Shown piece after piece: positions 18,344 to 27,992 of a stretch of DNA of 64,000 nucleotides. The position numbers were made by a program, and so were the translations under genes. Under the pieces are notes generated by a model. That model saw nothing but the letters and a program-made list of their open reading frames with translations. It was not told the DNA's origin and did no database searches. Position 1 is the stretch's first letter. Every line of letters begins with the position of its first letter. Location: IMG/VR virus record IMGVR_UViG_3300032267_001484, one strand, 5' to 3'. This DNA comes from a virus.

Positions 18344-18495
18344 ATATGTTTATTTGCTGGGTTTATTTATTAAGTAAATCTACTAACTTAATTATGCCAA
18401 CTACAATAGCCATTCCAATTACAATTGATGTTATAGATATTGCTATAAAAAAACCTATTTCCTCCACTTTGTGGATGTTTATTTTATTTTTCATA

Positions 18496-18705
18496 TTATT
18501 TACTTAATTCTGCCTCACACATTTCAATTAACATTTCAGCTAACGGATCATCATTATCAATCACATCACCATTCTCATCTATTACCTCCCAACTATCATG
18601 CCAGTCATGTTCAGTCATTCTAACACGACATTCCCTACCATCTTCACGTTCAATCAAAAACTGTACTGTGGTGTAATCTACTTTGTCTACAATTTCGTAT
18701 TTCAT
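18496..18705 (-). CDS. small acidic hypothetical protein
   Basis: Own GGCA promoter at 18722-18745. Confidence 0.6.
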   Translation of the reverse strand: MKYEIVDKVDYTTVQFLIEREDGRECRVRMTEHDWHDSWEVIDENGDVIDNDDPLAEMLIEMCEAELSK

Positions 18706-18721
18706 AACTTATTTATTTATA

Positions 18722-18745
18722 TGAATGTATGAAGAAAACTTTGCC
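18722..18745 (-). promoter_or_regulatory. GGCA-N12-TACATTCA promoter
   Basis: Recurrent motif upstream of small genes. Confidence 0.7.
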
Positions 18746-18936
18746 TACTCATCTTCACCTTCAAACTCATCATCAATATTATTACAATATTCTTGATAAA
18801 TATCCCAACACAACTCAATCATTTGTTTACGTGCGTTGAATTCTGATTCGCTTAAATCATCACTATCCATGTTGCTGTAACAATCCCTAAGATCTCTAAG
18901 TGTGTTTTCAAATCTGCTATAAGACATATTAGCCAT
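18745..18936 (-). CDS. small acidic phage protein (MANMSY.RFENT type)
   Basis: Own promoter at 18953-18976. Confidence 0.65.
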   Translation of the reverse strand: MANMSYSRFENTLRDLRDCYSNMDSDDLSESEFNARKQMIELCWDIYQEYCNNIDDEFEGEDE

Positions 18937-18952
18937 AATTTTTTATTTGAGG

Positions 18953-18976
18953 TGAATATAAACTAATTACTCTGCC
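18953..18976 (-). promoter_or_regulatory. GGCA-N12-TATATTCA promoter
   Basis: Recurrent motif. Confidence 0.7.
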
Positions 18977-19113
18977 TAGCCCATGTTTTATTGGCTTGTT
19001 TCTTTTTATCTGTTACTACACGTTGCTTGTAACGTCCATCATAAGCACCAGCAGCAACCATTTCTTTGCGTTTGATTTTCAATTCAATATTTTTCATAAC
19101 CTTTTATTTGAAA

Positions 19114-19137
19114 TGAATGTATAATTATTACTCTGCC
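19114..19137 (-). promoter_or_regulatory. GGCA-N12-TACATTCA promoter
   Basis: Recurrent motif; precedes a short basic ORF (MKNIELKIKRK...). Confidence 0.65.
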
Positions 19138-19421
19138 TAATCAACCATCTCTTTCACTTTATTTATCCAAGCAGTAATATCCTCAATAAATTGCTTTGCT
19201 CGGTCTGCTGTTTTAGTATAAGCATAAAACTGACAATATTCAGAGTCAAAGTCAATATCTGAACAATCAATATGCTTCTGAATATATTCTTCCAAATCAT
19301 AAGCACTACCAAAATCTCTAAATCGATATGCTTTAGATGGGTAGCCAGTAACAGTGTATTGTTCTCTGTCTTCATCTAACTTGAAAATAGTGAACCCAAT
19401 TGGATAATTAATGTCTTGCAT
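19137..19421 (-). CDS. hypothetical protein
   Basis: Own promoter at 19443-19466. Confidence 0.6.
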   Translation of the reverse strand: MQDINYPIGFTIFKLDEDREQYTVTGYPSKAYRFRDFGSAYDLEEYIQKHIDCSDIDFDSEYCQFYAYTKTADRAKQFIEDITAWINKVKEMVD

Positions 19422-19442
19422 AACCTTTATTTTTTATTTATA

Positions 19443-19466
19443 TGAATATATAACCTTAACTTTGCC
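19443..19466 (-). promoter_or_regulatory. GGCA-N12-TATATTCA promoter
   Basis: Recurrent motif. Confidence 0.7.
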
Positions 19467-19468
19467 TA

Positions 19469-19900
19469 TCAAATACCATCACTTGCTGTGTTGTGTATAA
19501 ACATAGTATAAAGATTTATATCGCGCTCCAAATTACCCGCATCAAAACATTCCCAATAATCACCATCAAACACGTATATATAATCTACACTATCATCCTT
19601 AAGCAAATCAGCAAACTGAGTCGTTGTAACACTAGTATTAGGTTCATTCCTATCACGTCCATAAGCTAAACACCAATTTTGGTTGTGAGTAGACCTATCA
19701 TAAAAATCCTGCTTCTCACCAATTTCAGCCCCTAATATACTCAATTCACCCAATTTCATCAACGCATTTACCTTATCCATATCAGTATAGTGGTCAATAA
19801 GAATTTTCCCGTTGTGACTAGGATATCCATCAAAATGACAATAAATGTAATCAACTGTTCCGTCTGTGTTTCTAACGCCGATGTGTGATCTTGTAGCCAT
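19469..19900 (-). CDS. conserved phage protein (MATRS.IG...YCH.DGYP type)
   Basis: Recognisable N-terminal motif; own promoter at 19917-19940. Confidence 0.7.
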   Translation of the reverse strand: MATRSHIGVRNTDGTVDYIYCHFDGYPSHNGKILIDHYTDMDKVNALMKLGELSILGAEIGEKQDFYDRSTHNQNWCLAYGRDRNEPNTSVTTTQFADLLKDDSVDYIYVFDGDYWECFDAGNLERDINLYTMFIHNTASDGI

Positions 19901-19942
19901 AATTTTTTATTTGAAATGAATATAATAAGTGAACTTTGCCTC

Positions 19943-20302
19943 TTACATCTTACAATCAAATCTACTCTTAGCTGTGTGGTTTTTACTTCGCTTAACAGCC
20001 CAATTCACCATCATTGCTCCTACTACACCACCAGCAGCTGTAGATATAATATCATACCATTGCCCATATTGATTACCCCTACTTATATCATATCTTTCCT
20101 TAACATAACCAACTAACGCACCTGACGTTAATCCAAATAAAACACGTTGTGTTGGAGTTTTGCCAAATATACCTGATGTATTACCTGTACCTATTCCAAC
20201 ACTGAAATGGACCATTGTGTTGTTATCTACTCTATCCCATCTCATTTGCGCTCTAGAACTGAATGTAAGCAGTAATGCTGCCAATACAAAATACTTTTTC
20301 AT
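19943..20302 (-). CDS. secreted/membrane protein
   Basis: Signal peptide plus Gly-rich hydrophobic helices. Confidence 0.6.
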   Translation of the reverse strand: MKKYFVLAALLLTFSSRAQMRWDRVDNNTMVHFSVGIGTGNTSGIFGKTPTQRVLFGLTSGALVGYVKERYDISRGNQYGQWYDIISTAAGGVVGAMMVNWAVKRSKNHTAKSRFDCKM

Positions 20303-20320
20303 TGTTTAGTTTTGATTATC

Positions 20321-20638
20321 TTAAAATTCCAAATCCTTAATCAGATAATTCACAGCATCATCATTCAGTACTTCCCTAAACTTATTATCAATAGCCGTAC
20401 TAAAGTCAATTCCCATTTCCTTATGAAACTTAGTAAATTTCCTCCAACCTTCATATGCATCAATTGGTATACCCATATAGGTAATATCACAAATATCAGC
20501 AAAATCTACCTCGGCTACATTATGTCCTTCCTTATTCTTATTTACAAAAATCATCGCCTCGGCAATGAGTCTCAATTCACCAATTTCAATTGGAAATGAA
20601 GCGGTCAAATGTAAACACTTACTAGTAATTGTAATCAT
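20321..20638 (-). CDS. hypothetical protein
   Basis: Own promoter at 20661-20684. Confidence 0.6.
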   Translation of the reverse strand: MITITSKCLHLTASFPIEIGELRLIAEAMIFVNKNKEGHNVAEVDFADICDITYMGIPIDAYEGWRKFTKFHKEMGIDFSTAIDNKFREVLNDDAVNYLIKDLEF

Positions 20639-20660
20639 AACTTTATTTTTTTATTTGAAT

Positions 20661-20684
20661 TAAATATACGACTTTTACTTTGCC
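20661..20684 (-). promoter_or_regulatory. GGCA-N12-TATATTTA promoter
   Basis: Recurrent motif. Confidence 0.7.
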
Positions 20685-20691
20685 TGCCTAA

Positions 20692-20892
20692 CTAACTTTG
20701 CTTAATAACAATTGTGTTTAAAGCGGGGAATATTGCTGATATGAATGTCCTATTTCTAATTTGATCAATGGTAATGAATTGAATTATTCCATTGATTATT
20801 TCAAATTTATCTGCTTCGATGTCATAATTAATTAGATTATATTGACCATTTGCAACACTATTAGTTAGGACTTGTACTTTGTATTTATTCAT
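20692..20892 (-). CDS. hypothetical protein
   Basis: Probable start MNKYKV. Confidence 0.45.
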   Translation of the reverse strand: MNKYKVQVLTNSVANGQYNLINYDIEADKFEIINGIIQFITIDQIRNRTFISAIFPALNTIVIKQS

Positions 20893-20937
20893 GTATATAC
20901 GTATTAAGGGGGTGGTGGTGAATGCCACTTGCTTTAA

Positions 20938-20968
20938 AATAAAGGTAAGCAGCTTACGCTGCCTACCC
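20938..20968 (-). terminator. intrinsic terminator
   Basis: GGTAGGCAGC-GTAA-GCTGCTTACC followed by TTTATTTT. Confidence 0.75.
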
Positions 20969-20978
20969 TATTCTTTAT

Positions 20979-21317
20979 TTAACAACCACAATCGTCTTTT
21001 TTATTCCAATTCTCATCAATCCAATTATCAAGTACATTTTCAATAACATTTTTAATTGAATGAGTATCAAAATCAATATCATCTATTTCTACTTCTTTAT
21101 AGTTCATAGATAAATCGTAATCAGATACTGCATCCATTCCCAAACCAGCAATTTCATCAGCAATAGTATCAACTAATTCACTTCGCTGCTCATCAGTAAA
21201 TCCAAGAGGTACTGTAGCGCTTTCTTCAATTCCCTCAATAAGTGCAATTACTTGTTCCAATGAATAGAAACTAGGAATCTGTGATTTCAGTGTGTCAATG
21301 GTTTGTTTTTTTGTCAT
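20979..21317 (-). CDS. acidic hypothetical protein
   Basis: Own promoter and terminator. Confidence 0.65.
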   Translation of the reverse strand: MTKKQTIDTLKSQIPSFYSLEQVIALIEGIEESATVPLGFTDEQRSELVDTIADEIAGLGMDAVSDYDLSMNYKEVEIDDIDFDTHSIKNVIENVLDNWIDENWNKKDDCGC

Positions 21318-21359
21318 GACCTTTGATTTTATTTTTTGTGTGAGTTAAATGTATAATTT

Positions 21360-21893
21360 TTATTCTGCCAACCCAATTCGCTCGTGATTGTACTTAGCTA
21401 TCTCATTTCGCTCTGCTAACCAACCATAATCCTTTTTGAGTTGAGTATATACCTTATTTAGGGAACTATTAATAACAGAACCAAGCATAAATGCAAATGT
21501 GTTATTTGATTCGTCAATTAATTTTTTATCACCTCTTAATTGATATAACAATGCTTCACCTACTTCACTTACAAACATTCCACTATATAATCCTTTCAAG
21601 TTGTGTTCATTTACAAATCGATCAGCATGACACCAAATGAATATACATTCTTTATCTTGAAGTAAATCTGCCTGATCGTCACCAATAACATAATTGCGTT
21701 TAAAATTAACTCCAAATAAACCTCTAGATGAACCATGGCCCAACATTATTATTTGATCATGGCTACATATCAATTTATTTACTTCATCTGTGAATAAACC
21801 GCCAGTAATAATGGTTTTATTGGGGATATTCTCATATATCGGCTTTAAAAAATGTGTTGACTCGTCGTGTGGATGTATAACTAATGTTCTCAT
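21360..21893 (-). CDS. putative clan CD (caspase/gingipain-like) cysteine peptidase
   Basis: IIMLGHGS and IFIWCHA give a His-Gly...Cys dyad after hydrophobic strands; start at MRTLVIHP. Confidence 0.45.
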   Translation of the reverse strand: MRTLVIHPHDESTHFLKPIYENIPNKTIITGGLFTDEVNKLICSHDQIIMLGHGSSRGLFGVNFKRNYVIGDDQADLLQDKECIFIWCHADRFVNEHNLKGLYSGMFVSEVGEALLYQLRGDKKLIDESNNTFAFMLGSVINSSLNKVYTQLKKDYGWLAERNEIAKYNHERIGLAE

Positions 21894-21943
21894 AACCTTT
21901 TTATTTGAAATAAAGATAGGCACTTTTATTGTGCCTACCAAAT

Positions 21944-22159
21944 TTAATTTTCATAATCACTAAAGTAACTATCATCATCATCATTCCATTCATCATCGTT
22001 ACCTTCATAATAAAACTCTCCGGCTTCATCTAATTCCTGATGATATCCTTCCATTTGATATATAAAATCTTCCAAATCGAAGTTTTCAGGTTGGCCTTTC
22101 TCATTAAGTAAATTCTGTGCTACTAGAATTAATTCACTGAGGATTTCTTTAATTTCCAT
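21944..22159 (-). CDS. highly acidic small protein
   Basis: D/E-rich tail. Confidence 0.55.
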   Translation of the reverse strand: MEIKEILSELILVAQNLLNEKGQPENFDLEDFIYQMEGYHQELDEAGEFYYEGNDDEWNDDDDSYFSDYEN

Positions 22160-22343
22160 AATAATTGTAAATGTTTAGGTTATTGTTTTCTGGTGATTTG
22201 ATTGTTTTTTGCCATTTAGGTTTAGGGAAAACACTTTCTATGAAACTTCTATGTAATCTTAGATATTCTTCATAAGCAGCTTGTTTATCCGTTATGTTAT
22301 CTTTATTTTTTTCATAAAATTTATCCCAAGTAATAAATTGCAT
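22149..22343 (-). CDS. hypothetical protein
   Basis: Start MQFITW after a promoter box. Confidence 0.5.
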   Translation of the reverse strand: MQFITWDKFYEKNKDNITDKQAAYEEYLRLHRSFIESVFPKPKWQKTIKSPENNNLNIYNYYGN

Positions 22344-22409
22344 ACTAATTATCTTTATGCACATAAATATAGGAAAGGGGGCTTTGACACCCCCTTATTT
22401 TATACCAAA

Positions 22410-23195
22410 CTAAAGGTATGCTTCAGCAAGTTCGAACAATTTCTCATTCAACTCAATATCTTTTTGGAAGTTCTTAACGGAACGTGCCTTACGCTTACCT
22501 GCTCTATATGAACCACCAAGCAATTTCTCCTGTACCCTGTTGAAAACAACCCACAAATCATTACCTGAGTCTTGAGGGCGGTCAGGCGTAAGCACATCCA
22601 TGATGTTAACTCGCTCCTTAGTTCTCAGTTGCATTGCTTTAGTAGCGAAATCAGCCATTTGGTCTTCAGTCAGTGTAGTTGATTTAAATAAGTTAATTTT
22701 CTGAACCAGGTTAGGTAATTTAGAAATCATTTCTGCTACTTTAGATTGTAATGATTCAAAGGTATAGTTAATATGCCTAATCGATACATTACTGAAATCA
22801 GCATCGCTAATAACTAATCCATTTGAACATACAAGGCGGAATATACCTACCCTAAAGTTGAATGCTGCTTTACCATCATGTGAATTGGTAAGGAGGATTT
22901 GTGGAAATGAATCATCACCATCTTTACCCTTAATCATAATTTCGGGGTTGCGAAACACAATTATGTGTTTTTGGAATCCTTGACCTTTACGTGCTTTAAC
23001 CTCTTGTGCTTTAGTTACTTGCCAACCCAAGCTCATCAGATCCTCTACAACGCGTGACGTTGGAGTTTGAATATACTTGTCTGTGAGGTGAGGTGCTTTT
23101 TCAGTTGTGAATACTGATGGAGCGATTTTCTTGATTTGCTCGAGCGAGTAAGTGTTACCGCTCATCATTGCTGTTGTGTTTAATTCGTTTGACAT
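22410..23195 (-). CDS. DUF932/DUF945 family protein
   Basis: APSVF...LTDKY..TPT, PQILLTNSHDG.AAF.F..G.FRLVCSNGLV, LW.VFNRVQE.L..G. Confidence 0.9.
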   Translation of the reverse strand: MSNELNTTAMMSGNTYSLEQIKKIAPSVFTTEKAPHLTDKYIQTPTSRVVEDLMSLGWQVTKAQEVKARKGQGFQKHIIVFRNPEIMIKGKDGDDSFPQILLTNSHDGKAAFNFRVGIFRLVCSNGLVISDADFSNVSIRHINYTFESLQSKVAEMISKLPNLVQKINLFKSTTLTEDQMADFATKAMQLRTKERVNIMDVLTPDRPQDSGNDLWVVFNRVQEKLLGGSYRAGKRKARSVKNFQKDIELNEKLFELAEAYL

Positions 23196-23224
23196 AACCT
23201 TTGATTTTTTAATTATTTAATGAT

Positions 23225-23248
23225 TGAATCTACAATTATTACCTTGCC
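23225..23248 (-). promoter_or_regulatory. GGCA-N12-TAGATTCA promoter
   Basis: Recurrent motif upstream of the DUF932 gene. Confidence 0.65.
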
Positions 23249-23252
23249 CAAT

Positions 23253-23447
23253 CTAATTTAGAATGGCATACTTAGCATAAATAATTGCTTCACTATACAT
23301 TTCCTGTTCCCATTCAGTTACGGGATGAAATTGTTTATCAACAGCCTCTGTTAGTTTACGATTATCATTAATACCTGAGAGTACCATTGATGACACTAGT
23401 GCTTCAATTTGCATGCATTTGAGATACATTTCGGCATTTGTAACCAT
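23253..23447 (-). CDS. hypothetical protein
   Basis: ORF in a tightly packed run. Confidence 0.5.
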   Translation of the reverse strand: MVTNAEMYLKCMQIEALVSSMVLSGINDNRKLTEAVDKQFHPVTEWEQEMYSEAIIYAKYAILN

Positions 23448-23448
23448 A

Positions 23449-23634
23449 TTATTTATATTGTTGTTTTTCTTTTTGCTGTTTCTTTAATTTAAGCCATTCA
23501 AATTGCTCAGCCAAAGTATATAACTCACTAAATTCACGTTCAATAAGTGGTTTTTGTTTTGGTTTTCTAAAGAATGAATTATCTACTCTACGGTCTGCTT
23601 TACTTTGAGCATCATCTTTTGTTTGAATAGCCAT
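23449..23634 (-). CDS. hypothetical protein
   Basis: ORF in a tightly packed run. Confidence 0.5.
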   Translation of the reverse strand: MAIQTKDDAQSKADRRVDNSFFRKPKQKPLIEREFSELYTLAEQFEWLKLKKQQKEKQQYK

Positions 23635-23638
23635 ATTT

Positions 23639-24283
23639 TTATTTTATTTTAAATTTATAACCTGAAACTTGCTCGATCACCTTGACTGTTACTTTATTAT
23701 CATTAATTCCGTTTGGTTTGGAATTATTGTTATTAAAAAGAAAAGCAAACCATTCATTTGTTTTCTTAATATATAATACTTTCCAACATTGAGTTGGAAT
23801 TGATAGCGCTCCTATTTTTTTAGCTTCACCTACTGACCCAGTCCAAACATAAACAGAATCATATTGTGATGCTTCAAGGCGAGTTAATTCTTCAACCATT
23901 TTCCAATCACCCCTATTCAATTGAGGTGTTTGGGGAGTCATATTTGAGAAATAAAACGACTCAGTCATACTAACAACATCACAAGCACCATCGGCAGCAG
24001 GGAAATTATGACCACGATCATAACCTGATTTTTCATAGTACTGCTGCACGTTGGTACTTGCTATTTGTTTTGGATCAGGTCCAAAATTATCTGTTCGCTT
24101 TACTTTAGTAGGACAACTTATCATTGCTTTGGTTAACCACCATTCTACCTTAACAGGGTAGTTTTTGGATTTACTGTAGGTTGTCTTGTACGCTTTGTGC
24201 TGAATTGTTACTAAGTCTTGAGCTGGAACTGTGAAACTAATTAGTAACAAAAAGGATATTAGGTATGTTTTTATCATACCCAT
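23639..24283 (-). CDS. secreted DNA/RNA non-specific endonuclease (NucA/EndoG family)
   Basis: Signal peptide; SGYDRGH..PAAD and ESFYFSNMTPQ...LNRG.W motifs. Confidence 0.92.
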   Translation of the reverse strand: MGMIKTYLISFLLLISFTVPAQDLVTIQHKAYKTTYSKSKNYPVKVEWWLTKAMISCPTKVKRTDNFGPDPKQIASTNVQQYYEKSGYDRGHNFPAADGACDVVSMTESFYFSNMTPQTPQLNRGDWKMVEELTRLEASQYDSVYVWTGSVGEAKKIGALSIPTQCWKVLYIKKTNEWFAFLFNNNNSKPNGINDNKVTVKVIEQVSGYKFKIK

Positions 24284-24288
24284 AAATA

Positions 24289-24498
24289 TTATCCTTCGTC
24301 ATTAACTGATTTAGATATAGTTTCGTAATATTCTTCTCTCAAACGCCTAACAGCTGCTTCAGCACTTGCTACACCTGCTTTAAACATTTGTTCATCAGCA
24401 GTATATCCACGCTCATTGATTACTTTAAAAATTTCTTCAAAAATTTCAAATCCAAAAATATTATTACCTAATGCTTCATACTTGTTACTCATGCCCAA
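24289..24498 (-). CDS. hypothetical protein
   Basis: Coupled ORF. Confidence 0.5.
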   Translation of the reverse strand: MGMSNKYEALGNNIFGFEIFEEIFKVINERGYTADEQMFKAGVASAEAAVRRLREEYYETISKSVNDEG

Positions 24499-24695
24499 TT
24501 GTATTTAGATTGTTTTTGTAATGCTGCTTGACGTTCACCCGCTGTACGTGGTTTAGATTCAATTCTCTCTGTTACTTTAGCTTTACGACCACGTCTTTTA
24601 TAGGTACACACCTCAGGTTCATCCCACTTCCATTTCTTTACCTTTTCAAGAAATGCTGCTCTATAACTTGCTAAACGTTCTGTTTCTGTTCTCAT
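24489..24695 (-). CDS. small basic protein
   Basis: KRRGRK motif; coupled ORF. Confidence 0.5.
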   Translation of the reverse strand: MRTETERLASYRAAFLEKVKKWKWDEPEVCTYKRRGRKAKVTERIESKPRTAGERQAALQKQSKYNWA

Positions 24696-24886
24696 ACAAA
24701 TTCATATATTAATTCTAAACCGTGAGATACACTTTGTAATGTATAAAACTTATTTAGGTGATTAAGTGGTTTAGCGTCATTTTCTTTCATTGACCATTGT
24801 GGTTCACCACCAAATGCTAGTCCACAAAAGTAACCATAATCACTCATTACAATGAATTCTGATAGTTTTTCTTTTTTCTTCTTCAT
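24692..24886 (-). CDS. hypothetical protein
   Basis: Directly after a GGCA-N12-TATCTTCA promoter (24892-24915). Confidence 0.55.
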   Translation of the reverse strand: MKKKKEKLSEFIVMSDYGYFCGLAFGGEPQWSMKENDAKPLNHLNKFYTLQSVSHGLELIYEFV

Positions 24887-25005
24887 TAAGATGAAGATAA
24901 GAAATTTATTTTGCCCTAATTTAAAATTTACCCCATTGAGAATTTTTCTTAAGTTCTTCTGCTATTTTAAAACCTAAGAAAATATCCTTAAAGAATTTTT
25001 TTATT

Positions 25006-25557
25006 CTACCCATCATGTTTTTTTACCCATTTTGAATTAGCCATCAAATCATCCCAATCCTTATAACCTTGACTTACTGCAAACTCATCGTTTTTCTTCT
25101 TACGATATGCTTTTACTTTTTCAGGATCTCTCATCTCTTCAGCATCTTTAAATCCTAATGACTTAGCACATTCATCTGCGCACCATTCATGTGAACCTAT
25201 TTTTATTTCAATTGGTAGATCTGTTTCTATTGATTCAATAAAGTCTTCAAACTGAGATGCTGCTTCAAATGGTAATGAATAATCACCTTCATGTACTTGA
25301 TATCCTGATTCATTTTTGCTATCAAATACTTCTATCCTACCCATTCTATATTTTTCACCAAATAAGCTCATTATACCATAACCTACTGTATGATAACTAA
25401 ATCTACCACGTCGTGCTTTACCGTTTACATCTATACAATCGGGATTGAGTTCAATGTAGTTAGCAAGGTGATCAGCAAATTCTTCTTCTGTTGCTTCAGG
25501 GAAGCGTCGTTTGACATTATATATAAAATATTTGATATCGTCTCTATTTACTTTCAT
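25006..25557 (-). CDS. hypothetical protein
   Basis: 183-aa ORF. Confidence 0.6.
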   Translation of the reverse strand: MKVNRDDIKYFIYNVKRRFPEATEEEFADHLANYIELNPDCIDVNGKARRGRFSYHTVGYGIMSLFGEKYRMGRIEVFDSKNESGYQVHEGDYSLPFEAASQFEDFIESIETDLPIEIKIGSHEWCADECAKSLGFKDAEEMRDPEKVKAYRKKKNDEFAVSQGYKDWDDLMANSKWVKKHDG

Positions 25558-25834
25558 TATTATTTATTTTAAGCCCACAATATAAGTCAAGCATTGCCAT
25601 TTCACGAGAAGCTATTTTTGAATAGTAACGTTTCTTCTTTTTAATATGTTTAACACCCCAATCTCTCCATTCCTTATTTTGAGCCTCAGTCATGGTATAT
25701 TGTTGATACCAATTATCAGTTCTACCTTCTACGTCTTCAAATTTAACGTCGTGACCTGCTATCTCAAACATCTTGTCAATAAGTTCTTTAAGAAACATTC
25801 TTTCCTTGTTTGTTTTTTGTTCTGCTCGTGTCAT
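25544..25834 (-). CDS. hypothetical protein
   Basis: ORF with A-rich leader. Confidence 0.6.
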   Translation of the reverse strand: MTRAEQKTNKERMFLKELIDKMFEIAGHDVKFEDVEGRTDNWYQQYTMTEAQNKEWRDWGVKHIKKKKRYYSKIASREMAMLDLYCGLKINNNESK

Positions 25835-25850
25835 ATACTTTATTTTAATG

Positions 25851-26234
25851 TTATCTTACTGGGGTGAATTTAGTAGCTTCTATAATATATTGCTCTGCTA
25901 TAGAATAATTTCTACTTGTATAATACCTGCCATTAAATAGATATACTCTATGCTCATCCACTTCATTATTATGATTAGTCTTAACTATATATTGGTTATC
26001 GGGATTAAATCTAGCATGGAATTCTTGAGTATCCACTTCTTTCTCTAAACTCTCCTCATACACCCAACTCTTCTGCATCCATTCAAATATGTGGATACGT
26101 TCTCCTTCAGTCATTAAATACCAGTATTTGTCAGTTAGGCTCTGCCAGAACATAGTTCTAGCAATTGGACGTGGCGGTATACATGCTTCAGCTAAAAACG
26201 CTAATTCAAAAAAATCAATTTGAAATGTACTCAT
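25851..26234 (-). CDS. hypothetical protein
   Basis: ORF with A-rich leader. Confidence 0.6.
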   Translation of the reverse strand: MSTFQIDFFELAFLAEACIPPRPIARTMFWQSLTDKYWYLMTEGERIHIFEWMQKSWVYEESLEKEVDTQEFHARFNPDNQYIVKTNHNNEVDEHRVYLFNGRYYTSRNYSIAEQYIIEATKFTPVR

Positions 26235-26409
26235 AACTTTTATTTATAGTTTTTTTCGTAAACATTATTTTCCTTCATCCACTCAATTACCATTAGTATG
26301 GTCTTTGCTTCAACTGATTGACTATCAGTTTGTATTTGTTTAATTGCTGAGTTTTCTAATTCAACAATATCATCCCAATCTAGGGCTAAATATGATTTTG
26401 GTTTATCTG

Positions 26410-27147
26410 TCATCTTATTGAGTTAACGGTAAGTTTATTATCTTGCCAAACCAAGTATTGGCCTGAGGTATCCATTGTGTCTATAAAATAATATCTGCTA
26501 CCAGTGAATTTATCTGAACCTTCTAAATCTAACTTCTGCATTTGAGTATGGCCTACAACTTGAATGTAATTATTCTTCAACCCTTTAGGATGCTTCTTAT
26601 TTACAGACATTAGTGACCTAGGTCTGATCCAAATTGGTGTTTGAGTTGTATTGTCGCCTGTAGATTCAAACCCATTAAAATCAAATGCTCTAGGTTTATA
26701 TCTAAACATTTCATTTAGGTCTACTACAATGTTTTCAATACTCCAATCATTCTCACCAAACACCTCATCCATAAACACAGGACTTACACCTGCATGAGTG
26801 AATAAATAATCTCCAAAACCATAAGCCATTTGTAGATGATTTCTATTTTCATCTACTACTTGTGTAATTGAAGGGGCTATTTTTGATTGATAACCAGTAG
26901 TTCCAGTATAACCAACTTCAGGAAAATAATGATGATCATGATTACCAATCAACATTACTACCTCAACTTGTGGATTATCTTCCTTATATTTAATAATTTC
27001 TTTGAAGTTAGCAATTTGTTCTACTCCACTAAATTCAAATGAATCAAAATAATCACCTACAAAGATAACTCTATCAGGTTTATCTTGATTAATTGCTAAT
27101 TTCCATGTTGAACGTCCGTGAGTGTCACCTAATACGATTGTTTTCAT
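26410..27147 (-). CDS. calcineurin-like metallophosphoesterase
   Basis: GDTHG, GDYFD, GNHD, THAG and VGHT motifs. Confidence 0.9.
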   Translation of the reverse strand: MKTIVLGDTHGRSTWKLAINQDKPDRVIFVGDYFDSFEFSGVEQIANFKEIIKYKEDNPQVEVVMLIGNHDHHYFPEVGYTGTTGYQSKIAPSITQVVDENRNHLQMAYGFGDYLFTHAGVSPVFMDEVFGENDWSIENIVVDLNEMFRYKPRAFDFNGFESTGDNTTQTPIWIRPRSLMSVNKKHPKGLKNNYIQVVGHTQMQKLDLEGSDKFTGSRYYFIDTMDTSGQYLVWQDNKLTVNSIR

Positions 27148-27992
27148 AGAGTAAAGGTAGAAAAATTATCTTGCCAATCCAAAAGAATGGCAGTTCTATT
27201 TTCTACCCAGTCACCTGTATTAAGGTAATGTGCATTGTTGATTAATCTATCAGCGGGTTGATGTATGTGACCACAAATAACACCATAACATCCATGTTTG
27301 TGAGCCATTTTAATAGCTGTCACTTCAAAATCATTTACATAACTTACTGCTGTTTTAACAGCGGCTTTAATGTTCTGAGATATGGATTGGTAAGGTAATT
27401 TCTTCCATGCCCTATATCTATTATACCAGTAATTACACCAAAGTGCCAAGTCATAACCTACTGAACCTATTTTAGCTAACCAAGTATATTTGGCTATAAA
27501 AATATCTATTACATCACCATGAAATATATAATAATTTCTTTGCTCAAAATTATCACCTGTTATCCATTTTTTAGTGTGTAATATATAATCTTCTCTTACT
27601 TCAATATTACCAAAATGGGCACCTATATATTCAGTTAAAAATTCATCGTGGTTACCTCTAATCCAAATTATCTTTGTTTTATTAGATAATTTAAGTAAAT
27701 AAGATATTGCTTTAGTGTGTTGTTTTTTCCACTTAGAACCTCTATTTAATGCCCAACCATCAATTATATCACCATTCAGTATAAGTAATTCAGTCGGGTG
27801 TGCCTCTAAAAATTCTATAAATTCTTTAGCTTGAGAATCTCTAGTACCTAAGTGTAAATCAGAGGCGATTATTGCTTTATATGGTCTCATAATAGAGTTG
27901 CTAGTTTTAACAGTAGCATCGTTGATATCGATGTTGTCAAAACTATTAACTCGAGATTGATCTTCTTTTTCATTTCCAATAATTGTGGTCAT
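27144..27992 (-). CDS. LpxH-like (UDP-2,3-diacylglucosamine hydrolase family) metallophosphoesterase
   Basis: SDLHLG, NGDIIDGW, GNHDE, HGD, CGHIH and YLNTGDWVE motifs. Confidence 0.85.
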   Translation of the reverse strand: MTTIIGNEKEDQSRVNSFDNIDINDATVKTSNSIMRPYKAIIASDLHLGTRDSQAKEFIEFLEAHPTELLILNGDIIDGWALNRGSKWKKQHTKAISYLLKLSNKTKIIWIRGNHDEFLTEYIGAHFGNIEVREDYILHTKKWITGDNFEQRNYYIFHGDVIDIFIAKYTWLAKIGSVGYDLALWCNYWYNRYRAWKKLPYQSISQNIKAAVKTAVSYVNDFEVTAIKMAHKHGCYGVICGHIHQPADRLINNAHYLNTGDWVENRTAILLDWQDNFSTFTL

